IMG/VR virus record: IMGVR_UViG_3300023109_000031
Coordinates: 1 to 55,633 of that record
Reading direction: 5' to 3' (one strand)
Source of the DNA: a virus
Taxonomy: Duplodnaviria > Caudoviricetes
DNA length: 55,633 nt
Positions 37,664 through 46,412 of the stretch are shown here, piece after piece (the first letter of the stretch is position 1; each line of letters opens with the position of its first letter). The notes beneath the pieces were generated by a model. It was not told the DNA's origin and did no database searches. It saw only the letters and a program-made list of their open reading frames with translations. A program made the translations under genes and the position numbers.

Positions 37664-38022
37664 TAAATTTTCCTTAACCTATCTACGACATTATGGTCCA
37701 TCGCAATATTCGTAAATTCATCTTCTTTTAAGTATTTCAAGTATAGCAAAAATGGTTTCAATACAGGCCAATGTCTACCTTCCATTTTTAAGCCAAGAAT
37801 TTTAATCCCAGGCTCAATTCCAAATACATTACAGATCACTATAAGGTGATTCATAATTAATCTTTCAGGTAAGTAGCCAGATTCCAAATACTTATTGACT
37901 AACCTTTTAATATACTTGAAACGCTTTAAGTCCTCTTCGAACTCATCAGTACTAGCACCTGTTGGATTATAGTAGTGATGAGCTGCGAAGAGGTAAACGT
38001 TCTTTTCAGTAAGCTCTTTCAT
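37663..38022 (-). CDS. Conserved T4-like hypothetical protein
   Basis: Y.NP....EFEEDLKRFKYIKRL, ERLIMNH, NVFG. Confidence 0.7.
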   Translation of the reverse strand: MKELTEKNVYLFAAHHYYNPTGASTDEFEEDLKRFKYIKRLVNKYLESGYLPERLIMNHLIVICNVFGIEPGIKILGLKMEGRHWPVLKPFLLYLKYLKEDEFTNIAMDHNVVDRLRKI

Positions 38023-38059
38023 AATGTTCCTAATATAATAAGTCTCTTTAACTTATATA

Positions 38060-38398
38060 TTATTCTTCAATATGACCTTTTAATTCATCAATCAAATCTG
38101 TTTTTGAATGACGGCGGTCTAACTCGATACCGTGTTCACGACCGAGATTTTCAAGCTCACGCTTTGTCATGCTTTCCAGAAGAACTTCTTCTGTTTCCAT
38201 AACTTCTTCTACAAATTCAACTTCAGTTACTGGCGATTCTCTTAGCATTGTAGGCTTTGCTGCTGGAATACCTTCACCAAGATATTCAGCAATGTCTGCT
38301 TCACTAAGTTTTCTTGCTACCAATAACTCACCATTTTGTACCCAACCTTTAGAAGTTGGAGTGGCTCCTTTGGCCCAATTTGGAGGACTAATTGCCAT
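38060..38398 (-). CDS. Hypothetical protein with C-terminal Rho-N/HeH-like helix pair
   Basis: MTKRELENLGREHGIELDRRHSKTDLIDEL. Confidence 0.6.
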   Translation of the reverse strand: MAISPPNWAKGATPTSKGWVQNGELLVARKLSEADIAEYLGEGIPAAKPTMLRESPVTEVEFVEEVMETEEVLLESMTKRELENLGREHGIELDRRHSKTDLIDELKGHIEE

Positions 38399-38400
38399 GA

Positions 38401-39999
38401 TTATTCACCTTTCATTTGCATTAATGCTCGACGCATTCCATTTTGTACGCCTTCTTTTTGAGTCGGCTTATTTACGATTGCCTTATCACCTTTAGGATTA
38501 TCACCTGGGCGCTTTTTACCCGCTGGTCCTTTTCTACCTGCATCTGCTGCATCTTTATGACTTTTTTCTTCAGTGTCATTAACTTCTTTTTTATGCTTAG
38601 CAGCAAATTCTTTAGACTTAGGTGACTCTTTGTCCATGATTCCTTCAGGCTTTGTTGCACCTTTAGTTGCATCTTCACGGACTTCGTTAAACTTCTTCAT
38701 TTTCTTTTCAGGCTCTTTTTCTGCTGACACTGGCTTTGGCGCTGGTTTTTTATCTTTATTCTTAAATGCAGCAATATCAGCTTTAGCTGTTGCCAAACGA
38801 TCTTTATCAGCAGCTTTTTTCTTCATTTTACCAAGCTTCTTTTGTGCAGCATCTGCTCTACCAGAAGTGGAGAATCTATTGACAACCTTCTTACCCATTC
38901 TGCCAATGCCTCTTGCGATTGTACCAACAATCTCATCCATTTCTTTTCGCTCGATACGCTCAGCAAGATTGTCAAAATCTTCATCAGACATGTCTACAAG
39001 CTCATCAAAGGAATATGAGGAATATGATTCTTTTATTTTACCACCACCTAAATGATCGTCAACATACTTTTGTAATTTTTTAGGATCTGGATGAGTTAGA
39101 GTTACGTTATCTCCATCTGCACCTTTAGCGGTTGTCTTAACTTTCATACCAGCTTTTTTTGCGTGTTTATATCCTGTAAAATAATCGGTGTCGAATGTTG
39201 CTTCTTTCTTTAGTGATTCTTTTGTGATTTCTTTCATATCTTCGCAGTTGTATTTCTTACCTGCAAATACGAATGACTTTTCACCGGCATCTTTAGCTGC
39301 TTTTGCTGCAGCAATAAATCCGCGCTTTCCTTCTTCTACTTCATCTTCGTCAGAATCTTTAGAATCTGCATCAGCTGGATTTTCATCGTCAGCTTTAAGC
39401 TTCTTCTTTTTCATTTCTTTTTTTAGCTTAAATTCTTTGACATCAGCTGGATCACAATCACCTTCATGGACCTTGCCACAAGCTTCACAGACTTCTTCTG
39501 TGTCTTCTACCATTTGACCTTTTTGCATGATTTGCTTTCGAGCATCTTTATCGTAAATTTCTAAAGACTTCATATCAAACTTAGCTGCTTTTAGTTTAGC
39601 CATCAGATCTTTAAGATCTTTTGCACCCATATTACCATGCTGCTTTTTATCACCAACACGATAAGTAATTTCTTTTGCTTCAGTCTTTGACTCTTCTTTT
39701 TCATCGTCTTTAGCCATTGCTTTACCAATAGCTTTACGACGCTTATGCAAGAACTTATCGGATGCATCGACGTCACCGTCATTATCTACATCCTTATCTT
39801 TACGATCAGCAAATTTCTTTTTAGCAGCCTTTGGATCTACTTTATCCATGCCATCGCCGTCATCAGATTTGTCATTAGACGCATCTTCGTCAGCTTTTTT
39901 CATTAATTCTTTATGCTTTTCGTTTGACTCTTTATTTTTTTCAGTGACAACTTCTAAGTATGCAGCACTGATGTTTTTTAGATCTTCGGTATTCATCAT
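38401..39999 (-). CDS. K/D/E-rich putative internal head protein
   Basis: DKDVDNDGDVDASDKFLHKRRKAI; many (I/V/L)xE sites; late box at 40076. Confidence 0.65.
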   Translation of the reverse strand: MMNTEDLKNISAAYLEVVTEKNKESNEKHKELMKKADEDASNDKSDDGDGMDKVDPKAAKKKFADRKDKDVDNDGDVDASDKFLHKRRKAIGKAMAKDDEKEESKTEAKEITYRVGDKKQHGNMGAKDLKDLMAKLKAAKFDMKSLEIYDKDARKQIMQKGQMVEDTEEVCEACGKVHEGDCDPADVKEFKLKKEMKKKKLKADDENPADADSKDSDEDEVEEGKRGFIAAAKAAKDAGEKSFVFAGKKYNCEDMKEITKESLKKEATFDTDYFTGYKHAKKAGMKVKTTAKGADGDNVTLTHPDPKKLQKYVDDHLGGGKIKESYSSYSFDELVDMSDEDFDNLAERIERKEMDEIVGTIARGIGRMGKKVVNRFSTSGRADAAQKKLGKMKKKAADKDRLATAKADIAAFKNKDKKPAPKPVSAEKEPEKKMKKFNEVREDATKGATKPEGIMDKESPKSKEFAAKHKKEVNDTEEKSHKDAADAGRKGPAGKKRPGDNPKGDKAIVNKPTQKEGVQNGMRRALMQMKGE

Positions 40000-40013
40000 T
40001 GGCCTTCTCCTTT

Positions 40014-40286
40014 TTACATCCACATATGTGCTACATACGTGCCTACTGCAGCAACCACTGCTGCATATACAATTTTATTTATAAGGCTCACTGTTCGTGA
40101 GTTATCATCGACTTTTTTCTCAATATCGTCGAGTTTACTAGACAATTTATTAAGACGTTGATACATTTTGTTGTGGTCATCGTTCAAAGCGTTAATCTTT
40201 TCTTCTGCACGCGCCATAGCTATCATTGCATCGACAAGTTTATCAAGTTTCTTTTCAATTTTATCGAGTCTATTTTCTACGCTCAT
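40014..40286 (-). CDS. Coiled-coil protein with C-terminal TM helix
   Basis: RLDKIEKKLDKL..AMARAEEK; hydrophobic C-terminus. Confidence 0.65.
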   Translation of the reverse strand: MSVENRLDKIEKKLDKLVDAMIAMARAEEKINALNDDHNKMYQRLNKLSSKLDDIEKKVDDNSRTVSLINKIVYAAVVAAVGTYVAHMWM

Positions 40287-40290
40287 TTTA

Positions 40291-40608
40291 TTACCATTTC
40301 TCTTTATCAGCCCAGTATGCACCAGACATTTTACCTTTAGCAATATTTTTCCGATGACGAGCTTTGAACGATTTACGTTTAGCTTTCATGTTATCAGACT
40401 CTCCTTTTTTAGGATCTCCTGCTGTAGAAGCACCTTGCTCACCAAAGCGAATAGTTTTAATTTTGTCACCTTCTTTAGCCACAACTATGTGAGATTTAGT
40501 CGCGTGTGAAGGAGTTCTTTTAGGTTTATTGAAACCTTCAACTCCAGCCTTCTTGAGTCTAGGATCTTTTTCTTCTATAAAAGTCTTAAATTTATCCACC
40601 GAACTCAT
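40291..40608 (-). CDS. Putative internal virion protein
   Basis: N-term KFKTFIEE; IRFGEQG, RKSFKARH, SGAYWA. Confidence 0.65.
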   Translation of the reverse strand: MSSVDKFKTFIEEKDPRLKKAGVEGFNKPKRTPSHATKSHIVVAKEGDKIKTIRFGEQGASTAGDPKKGESDNMKAKRKSFKARHRKNIAKGKMSGAYWADKEKW

Positions 40609-40822
40609 GCCCCGCTACTCTCTTCATCTGCTTATCAAATTCAGATTGATCTGGCTTACTTTTGTAAAGTTTAATAGAAATCTCAGGTCTTTCTTTACCT
40701 TTGATTCTCCACTTATATCCGTCTTTTTTGTGGTCAGCATCAGTAGTCTTTACGACTCTGCGCTTGTAACCAGCTTCCCAAGTCTCAGATTTTTTTTCGG
40801 TAAAAGACTTGAAACCTAACAT
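40592..40822 (-). CDS. Putative internal virion protein
   Basis: N-term MLGFKSFTE. Confidence 0.6.
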   Translation of the reverse strand: MLGFKSFTEKKSETWEAGYKRRVVKTTDADHKKDGYKWRIKGKERPEISIKLYKSKPDQSEFDKQMKRVAGHEFGG

Positions 40823-41508
40823 TATTTCTCTGCGTCCTTATACATCTTAAGAGCTTTTACAAAGTTCTTATCTTTCATCATCCGCTTTGATTCAGGATGA
40901 TTAGGATTATCATGAGCCATCCGAATACTGTCATCGTCTACCTTTTTATCTTTTACAAATTTCATATATACTGACATTTTCTTTGAGTCAATTTCTCGTG
41001 CTTCATGAGTTTTGAATGACTCATATCCAGCTCTCATAGATTTTACCTTTTTACCCTTCTTAAATTTAGAAGAGTCACCTCTATCAAGCATACCAGCAAC
41101 GTCATCGCCGGGATCATCTTTACCGTGATAGCCTTGAGCTTTACCCGGCTTAAGCTTTTTAATCTTTCCACCTTTTTTCTTAAAGTCAGCAATGGCTTTA
41201 TCGTGAGCAGCCTTTTCTTTTGGTGACATAGCTTCTTCAATATCTTCGTTTTGACGTTTAAGAACTGCCATAACTTGTTTATGACCAGATAGACCTTTGC
41301 TAATCTTATCAATAGCTTTTACAGCACCAGTCATATTGCCACCTTTGTAACGTGGATCAGATGCGATACCAATAGCCATTTTGATTTCTTTTGGTGAGAA
41401 ACCTTCTTTGACTTCTTCAACTGGTACAGCTGTATCGCACTGTTGACAACATTCAGCTGTTCCGCAATTAACGTGTGCACTTTCTCTTATTTCTTGGAAC
41501 GTTTTCAT
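40822..41508 (-). CDS. Putative internal virion protein (multi-module)
   Basis: N-term MKTFQEIRE; CGTAECCQQC; AIGIASDPRYKGGNMTGA. Confidence 0.65.
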   Translation of the reverse strand: MKTFQEIRESAHVNCGTAECCQQCDTAVPVEEVKEGFSPKEIKMAIGIASDPRYKGGNMTGAVKAIDKISKGLSGHKQVMAVLKRQNEDIEEAMSPKEKAAHDKAIADFKKKGGKIKKLKPGKAQGYHGKDDPGDDVAGMLDRGDSSKFKKGKKVKSMRAGYESFKTHEAREIDSKKMSVYMKFVKDKKVDDDSIRMAHDNPNHPESKRMMKDKNFVKALKMYKDAEK

Positions 41509-41754
41509 TTATTTTACCTTTGCTGCTAAATCTTTATCAGCACCACCCCATGTGCCTTTAGATTTAGTTACGAATGAGTTAACACGAGCAAAGGCCCATT
41601 GTTGAGGTGTTGTCCCTGGACGATGACTTGTCTTCCAAGCTGCCATTCCACGATTATAAACTTTCTTTAGAATTCCTAGAGGCATACCAGACTTTTCAGC
41701 CTTATTCTTTAGTCCTTCATCTGATTCAGTGATATAATCTCTAAAGTTGACCAT
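41509..41754 (-). CDS. Putative internal virion protein (DUF5824-like)
   Basis: N-term MVNFRDYITE; VYNRGMAAW...RPG.TPQQWAFARVNSF. Confidence 0.7.
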   Translation of the reverse strand: MVNFRDYITESDEGLKNKAEKSGMPLGILKKVYNRGMAAWKTSHRPGTTPQQWAFARVNSFVTKSKGTWGGADKDLAAKVK

Positions 41755-42746
41755 TAGTCATCTCCAAACATTGCTTTGAATTTTTTAGTATGTTTACTTG
41801 TCTTTGTTTTTGCTTTAGCATCACCCGGAGCTGGCTTATATGCAGATGGATCGTCATCTGCTTTATCTGCATTCTTATCGAAATGAGCATCTCTTTTATC
41901 CTTTGTGGACTTAGAAATCTCTTCAATCTTTTCAACTGCATCTAACCATTTACGATAAACCTCACCGTTAGCTTCAACGATAAGGTAATTGGCGCCTAAG
42001 TGTTTAATTGTAGCAACAAGTCCAGATTCTTTAATAGCAACTGTATCACCTACAGAAAAAAGATCTTCATTAATAAATGCTTCTCTTACAGCAGAAACGG
42101 GTTCGAGTTGAACGTGGTGCTTAAATTGTTTTTCTTCTTTAAGACCCATGCCTTTACGAACAGCATTGTAAATATTTTTAGCATCAGCATTTTTAACTGC
42201 TTTAGGTAAACCTTGAGAGAATGTAGTAAAGTCATTATCGCTTGCTGCAGCTCTCATCTTTGATGCTGACATTCCAGACGTGCCTTCAGCGTCAGGATCT
42301 CGGTCACCTGCACTTGTAACTATAATTTTTTCAAAGTTAAAGAAACCATGACGGCCTTTTTTGCCGTTTACTGCATTTAAGCGAAGATCAAATTCTTTTA
42401 TTCTATCGGAGCCAACTACCATTACGCAGCTCTTGAATCCTTCGTCGTATATTGCACTAGCAACTTCCATAACATTACGAACAGTAGGACCACTCATAAC
42501 AATTGAGCGAGCATGCTTTGGAAATGCTTTTCTTGCAAACTTTACTTTTGCTTTATATGCTAAGGGATTCTTTTCTTTATCTTGAGATTGAGACAAGAAT
42601 ATACGATATGGATTTTTTCCAGCCTTTTTAGCTAAAGTAGTCAAAAGCTTTTCATGGCCAGTAGTAGGCGGATTCATTCTACCAAACGTAAAATAAACTG
42701 TCTTTTCTTCTTCTACCAAAAATTGACTAAATGAATTTATATTCAT
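41754..42746 (-). CDS. HIGH-superfamily nucleotidyltransferase (cytidyltransferase/NMNAT-like)
   Basis: FTFGRMNPPTTGHEKL, KNPL, VVGSDR, SAGDRDPD, MSASKMR; N-term SFSQFLVE. Confidence 0.85.
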   Translation of the reverse strand: MNINSFSQFLVEEEKTVYFTFGRMNPPTTGHEKLLTTLAKKAGKNPYRIFLSQSQDKEKNPLAYKAKVKFARKAFPKHARSIVMSGPTVRNVMEVASAIYDEGFKSCVMVVGSDRIKEFDLRLNAVNGKKGRHGFFNFEKIIVTSAGDRDPDAEGTSGMSASKMRAAASDNDFTTFSQGLPKAVKNADAKNIYNAVRKGMGLKEEKQFKHHVQLEPVSAVREAFINEDLFSVGDTVAIKESGLVATIKHLGANYLIVEANGEVYRKWLDAVEKIEEISKSTKDKRDAHFDKNADKADDDPSAYKPAPGDAKAKTKTSKHTKKFKAMFGDD

Positions 42747-43072
42747 CGTCTATCAGCTCTCCTCTTCGGTGCCAGATTCATTCTTGTGTGAACCTTAAGC
42801 ATACCTTGCCTCTGTTTAGCTTGGCGCTCAACAGACTTACGTTTAGCAAATCCTACACTGGATTTACTTTTTCCTTTTAATAATTTTTTATAAAGATCAG
42901 ATCTAGCTTGACGGCTAGCTCTTGATTTAATACGACTAGCACCTGCGCGCCTTCGCCCTTGCATCTTACGAGCTCTTGCAAGTTTGTGCTTATTTCTTTT
43001 CATTGAACGAGCTAAAGATTTGCGACCTACGGCAGTTAGCGCTTCAATAAAGAATTCCTTAAAACCAATCAT
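42743..43072 (-). CDS. Highly basic putative internal/core protein
   Basis: N-term MIGFKEFFIEAL; R/K-rich. Confidence 0.65.
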   Translation of the reverse strand: MIGFKEFFIEALTAVGRKSLARSMKRNKHKLARARKMQGRRRAGASRIKSRASRQARSDLYKKLLKGKSKSSVGFAKRKSVERQAKQRQGMLKVHTRMNLAPKRRADRR

Positions 43073-44295
43073 CGTCCCGGCTTATCCCATCCTTTTAATA
43101 TATCTGGTGAAAAGTTGTTATATGAAAATTCCATACGATCAACAATTTTCACCGCATCACCACCAAGTTGGTCAATGGCCACATAGCCTTCTTCGCCAGT
43201 AACCTTATAACCTTGCTTTGTCTTGACAAAAGTGTCAATATTTTTTAATTTATTAAGTCTATTTATAAGTTTTAGTTTAGCAAGAACGATGACTTTTTGT
43301 AATTCGAACATTTGAACTAAAGATTTTTTATTCTTTTTTGAAAAGAATAATAGCAAATCATCTCTAACTGCTTTTTGAGCAGATTTGCCTTTATCAGTTT
43401 TACGTTTGTCTATTTCTTTCTGAAATTTATCATTGATGAAACCAATGAGCTTATCCACGTGACTAGACGTATTGCCAATGACTTGGCCTTTTCGTACATA
43501 CGTGTTATTAAAGGTTTCAATCTTTTGAGCCAGATCACCATTCTTTTCAAGCTGTCGTAAAGTATTACCACTGATTGAGTTAAAAAGTTTCCCAGCTTGC
43601 GTAAGTAATTCATTGACTTCCTCCGTTTCTTTCTTGGACATTGTTGCTTTTGTCATATCACGTAACATTGCATCCTGTGACCATACCGAAGATATTTTTT
43701 TGAATTTGCTTGTATCTACACCATAAGAAGCTTTCATAGATTCAAATGTTTTGCCTTTATACGTGGTGTGCCATACAATTCCAATTTTTGCTTTCTTGAC
43801 TTGCTTGGCCATGTCCGAGCTAGCCGGAATAGCATAAACGATCGTATTAGGGTGGAAAGTAACATATTTTTCTCCCTCTATTTTTTTAGTAGTGACGTCG
43901 CCAGGGCCATAAAGAAAGTCACCTTGAATGACTCCTTTAATCCCTAAACCGGGTAATAGTCCTAAAGCAGCTTTAAGCTTATCAGCAAGATCCCCTGAAG
44001 TATCAGCATCCACATCAGCGTCTGATTTATACACTTTAGGATTGACGTTAAATATACCTTTTTTGGCAACAAAGAATTTATTATCACGTGGGTCGATGCC
44101 AGCAAAAATGGCAGGAGCACCATCCCACTTAACAGACACTTTTCCAGCATGTGAGCCTCCTAACATGTCTCTGAGAGAACGTAGCGCCATAATAGCTTGG
44201 CGTGTTCCATTCACTCCGCCATAAAGAACTTTGTCCTCGATGTGAGTCATGTGAGTATTTTTCTGTTCAGTAATAAAATTCTTAAAATTTTCCAT
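43069..44295 (-). CDS. DUF6267-like protein with ATP-dependent ligase (KxDG) motifs
   Basis: HMTHIED, SVKWDGAPA, VIQGDFLY, GEEGYVA, AVKIVDRMEFS; N-term MENFKNFITE. Confidence 0.75.
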   Translation of the reverse strand: MENFKNFITEQKNTHMTHIEDKVLYGGVNGTRQAIMALRSLRDMLGGSHAGKVSVKWDGAPAIFAGIDPRDNKFFVAKKGIFNVNPKVYKSDADVDADTSGDLADKLKAALGLLPGLGIKGVIQGDFLYGPGDVTTKKIEGEKYVTFHPNTIVYAIPASSDMAKQVKKAKIGIVWHTTYKGKTFESMKASYGVDTSKFKKISSVWSQDAMLRDMTKATMSKKETEEVNELLTQAGKLFNSISGNTLRQLEKNGDLAQKIETFNNTYVRKGQVIGNTSSHVDKLIGFINDKFQKEIDKRKTDKGKSAQKAVRDDLLLFFSKKNKKSLVQMFELQKVIVLAKLKLINRLNKLKNIDTFVKTKQGYKVTGEEGYVAIDQLGGDAVKIVDRMEFSYNNFSPDILKGWDKPGR

Positions 44296-44302
44296 TGTTT
44301 TA

Positions 44303-44331
44303 ATTATACCACATTCTTTATGAAAAGTAAA
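44303..44331 (-). promoter_or_regulatory. Early-type promoter giving a probably leaderless mRNA
   Basis: TTTACT(44326-31)-17-TATAAT(44303-08); ATG at 44295, no SD. Confidence 0.75.
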
Positions 44332-44354
44332 CCATTAAATGCATTATTGCGTAT

Positions 44355-44927
44355 TTATTTAAGAACAGTCGCTACTAAGTGTATTCTGTTCTTTTCACTA
44401 CCATTGAAGAAATTGTGGTATAACGTATTGTCTACCACGTAAGCAGTTCCATCAGCTGGCATATAATATGCACTATCTTCTACAATCATCTTATTGCCTC
44501 TATTAGTTACAATAGGAATATGTAGTCTTTTTTCTGGATCTCTATGCCATGATAAACATGAACGAGGTGGTTTCATTAAAAAACGAACTCTACCGATTTT
44601 CCAGTGTTTTTTCATTTCGTTATAAACCCACTCTGTATAAGTCCCAGAAAATTCTGGACAAATTTCAGTGTAAGCTTCTTCATCTACAAAGGGAAGTCTT
44701 TCTTCCTCATCAATATCATTCTCTGGATAAGTCCAATACTTGCCTCTAACATTACCACCAGTGACTGATAATGAGTCGCCGGGTTTTCTATTAATGCAAA
44801 TTGCATTGAAATCTATTTTAGTTTTATCGTCTGTAACGTGTTCATTAGTCTTTAAGAAATTATCGTAATCTGCTTCTAATCTTAAAACATCAATTGGAAA
44901 CTTATTGTATTCTATAATATGTGTCAT
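44355..44927 (-). CDS. 2OG-Fe(II) oxygenase-like (Asp/Asn beta-hydroxylase type)
   Basis: GRVRFL, SWHRDPEKRLHIPI.TN, DNTLYH..FNG...RIHLV. Confidence 0.8.
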   Translation of the reverse strand: MTHIIEYNKFPIDVLRLEADYDNFLKTNEHVTDDKTKIDFNAICINRKPGDSLSVTGGNVRGKYWTYPENDIDEEERLPFVDEEAYTEICPEFSGTYTEWVYNEMKKHWKIGRVRFLMKPPRSCLSWHRDPEKRLHIPIVTNRGNKMIVEDSAYYMPADGTAYVVDNTLYHNFFNGSEKNRIHLVATVLK

Positions 44928-46000
44928 ACCGTCTTAGGCTTTCTGTATTTGAAGTCACACATCAAACGATTTGGGTATCCATCTTTGCCCTGAGTATCTC
45001 TAAAGTTCAGAGAAAAGATATATTCTTTTGATGCGAATTGTACATTAACTCTTCTAGCTCTTCCATTTTTACCGCCGTATTCAAGAGTAAGTGCACCTTT
45101 TGGAGCGGCTAAAGCTTTAAGGTTACCTTTTTCTATTCTCTTTGAAATAATTCCTGCGGGTAATTTGTGAATGACATGATAGCCGAAGCCAATGCCAGAC
45201 ATTAGAAGGTGTGTCAATCCAGCTTTGTCGTATTTCGATACATTTATCTTTCCGCTTTGCTTGAAATCACCGTTGAAAATTGCAGAAAATCTAATAGGAT
45301 CTATTCCAAACAAGCCAAGAAGGCGTAAGCCGTCTTTGTTTTTGATGTCACCATCTTTAATTTCTTGTTTACTAAGAACCTTTGTAGTACCAACATTGAA
45401 AAAAGTAGTAGTTCCACCTAGTTTCAACGAAAGGTAAACGTCATCTTTGTCATTTTCTAATGTAATATCAGTAACACTCTTTCCTACATTCATGCCACTG
45501 CCTTTAGGATTAGCCAATTCTATTTTACCTGAATATTGAACTGGTCTCCTAGTATTTTCTCCACCTACAACCTTTGCATCAAATTTTCTACTTGATGATA
45601 AGTCGTATGTTTTATCTAAATCTAGAATAGCACGTAAAACTTTTGGATCACTTACTTCGCGACCAGCATACCAATCTTCGAGAGCGGTTGCGAATTGCGT
45701 TTCAAAAGCATTACCACGATTATTAGCACCGCGGTTTCCAGATGAGCCATTACCAAACTTTAGATTGAAAGTTGTAAGGCCTACTTTAGATTTAATAGAT
45801 TTTAGGTCGATATCGCCTTGCAATGCACGCGAAACATTAACCACTGATTTAGTACCAATGTCAATGTTAATTGGTGTGTCGATTTTACTAGCTAACATTT
45901 GATGTAAATTCATGGCTTGACTAACGTAGTCAGCTGGCCATTCTTTACCTAATTTGTCTTGTATTTCCTTAGAAGTCTTCGGAAAAAAATCATATGCCAT
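44924..46000 (-). CDS. PD-(D/E)xK restriction-endonuclease-like protein
   Basis: G.AFE; VTDITL...VYLSLKL; late box at 46020. Confidence 0.6.
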   Translation of the reverse strand: MAYDFFPKTSKEIQDKLGKEWPADYVSQAMNLHQMLASKIDTPINIDIGTKSVVNVSRALQGDIDLKSIKSKVGLTTFNLKFGNGSSGNRGANNRGNAFETQFATALEDWYAGREVSDPKVLRAILDLDKTYDLSSSRKFDAKVVGGENTRRPVQYSGKIELANPKGSGMNVGKSVTDITLENDKDDVYLSLKLGGTTTFFNVGTTKVLSKQEIKDGDIKNKDGLRLLGLFGIDPIRFSAIFNGDFKQSGKINVSKYDKAGLTHLLMSGIGFGYHVIHKLPAGIISKRIEKGNLKALAAPKGALTLEYGGKNGRARRVNVQFASKEYIFSLNFRDTQGKDGYPNRLMCDFKYRKPKTV

Positions 46001-46019
46001 TAGTATCTCCCTATTTCTC

Positions 46020-46027
46020 TATTTATA
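46020..46027 (-). promoter_or_regulatory. T4 late promoter heading the nuclease/ligase-like/internal-protein run
   Basis: TATAAATA directly after a terminator, followed by SD GGGAG. Confidence 0.8.
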
Positions 46028-46028
46028 T

Positions 46029-46059
46029 AAAAACATAAGGGCGCTTGCGCGCCCTTATG
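46029..46059 (-). terminator. Intrinsic terminator
   Basis: CATAAGGGCGC-GCAA-GCGCCCTTATG-TTTTT (11-bp stem, GNRA loop). Confidence 0.9.
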
Positions 46060-46091
46060 CCTCGTCGGAAGGTCGGAAGGAAGGAAGGAAA

Positions 46092-46412
46092 TTACCCCCG
46101 ACGATAGATGTAGACGTCTGCACATGATGCATTTTTAATACCGCCTACTATATTTCCGTGGTTATTAAAAGAAACTTCACCCACGGATGCTTTGGTGTAA
46201 TAACCACGAGGAGTTCTCATTTTCTTAAAAGGCTTACGACCTCTTAAGCAAACTCTCCATCGGTAGTCATCACCGCGTTCTTTGTTAAAATTGTTGAATG
46301 TTTTGACCATGTTCTTAACCATTGCAAGTTCAGCCATATCACCCGGTGATTTGAAGTCGAACCTCCCAATGAAGGAGGTTGACTCTCTGTCGTTTTTAAC
46401 CATGATACCCAT
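46092..46412 (-). CDS. Hypothetical protein
   Basis: RVCLRGR...ADVYIYRR; coupled to upstream gene. Confidence 0.65.
   Translation of the reverse strand: MGIMVKNDRESTSFIGRFDFKSPGDMAELAMVKNMVKTFNNFNKERGDDYRWRVCLRGRKPFKKMRTPRGYYTKASVGEVSFNNHGNIVGGIKNASCADVYIYRRG

Noticed and set aside
41754-42746. Complete NAD reconstitution pathway (NARP1/NARP2)
   Set aside because: No Nampt, Adps or Namat partner recognised in the window; substrate of the transferase is unknown.
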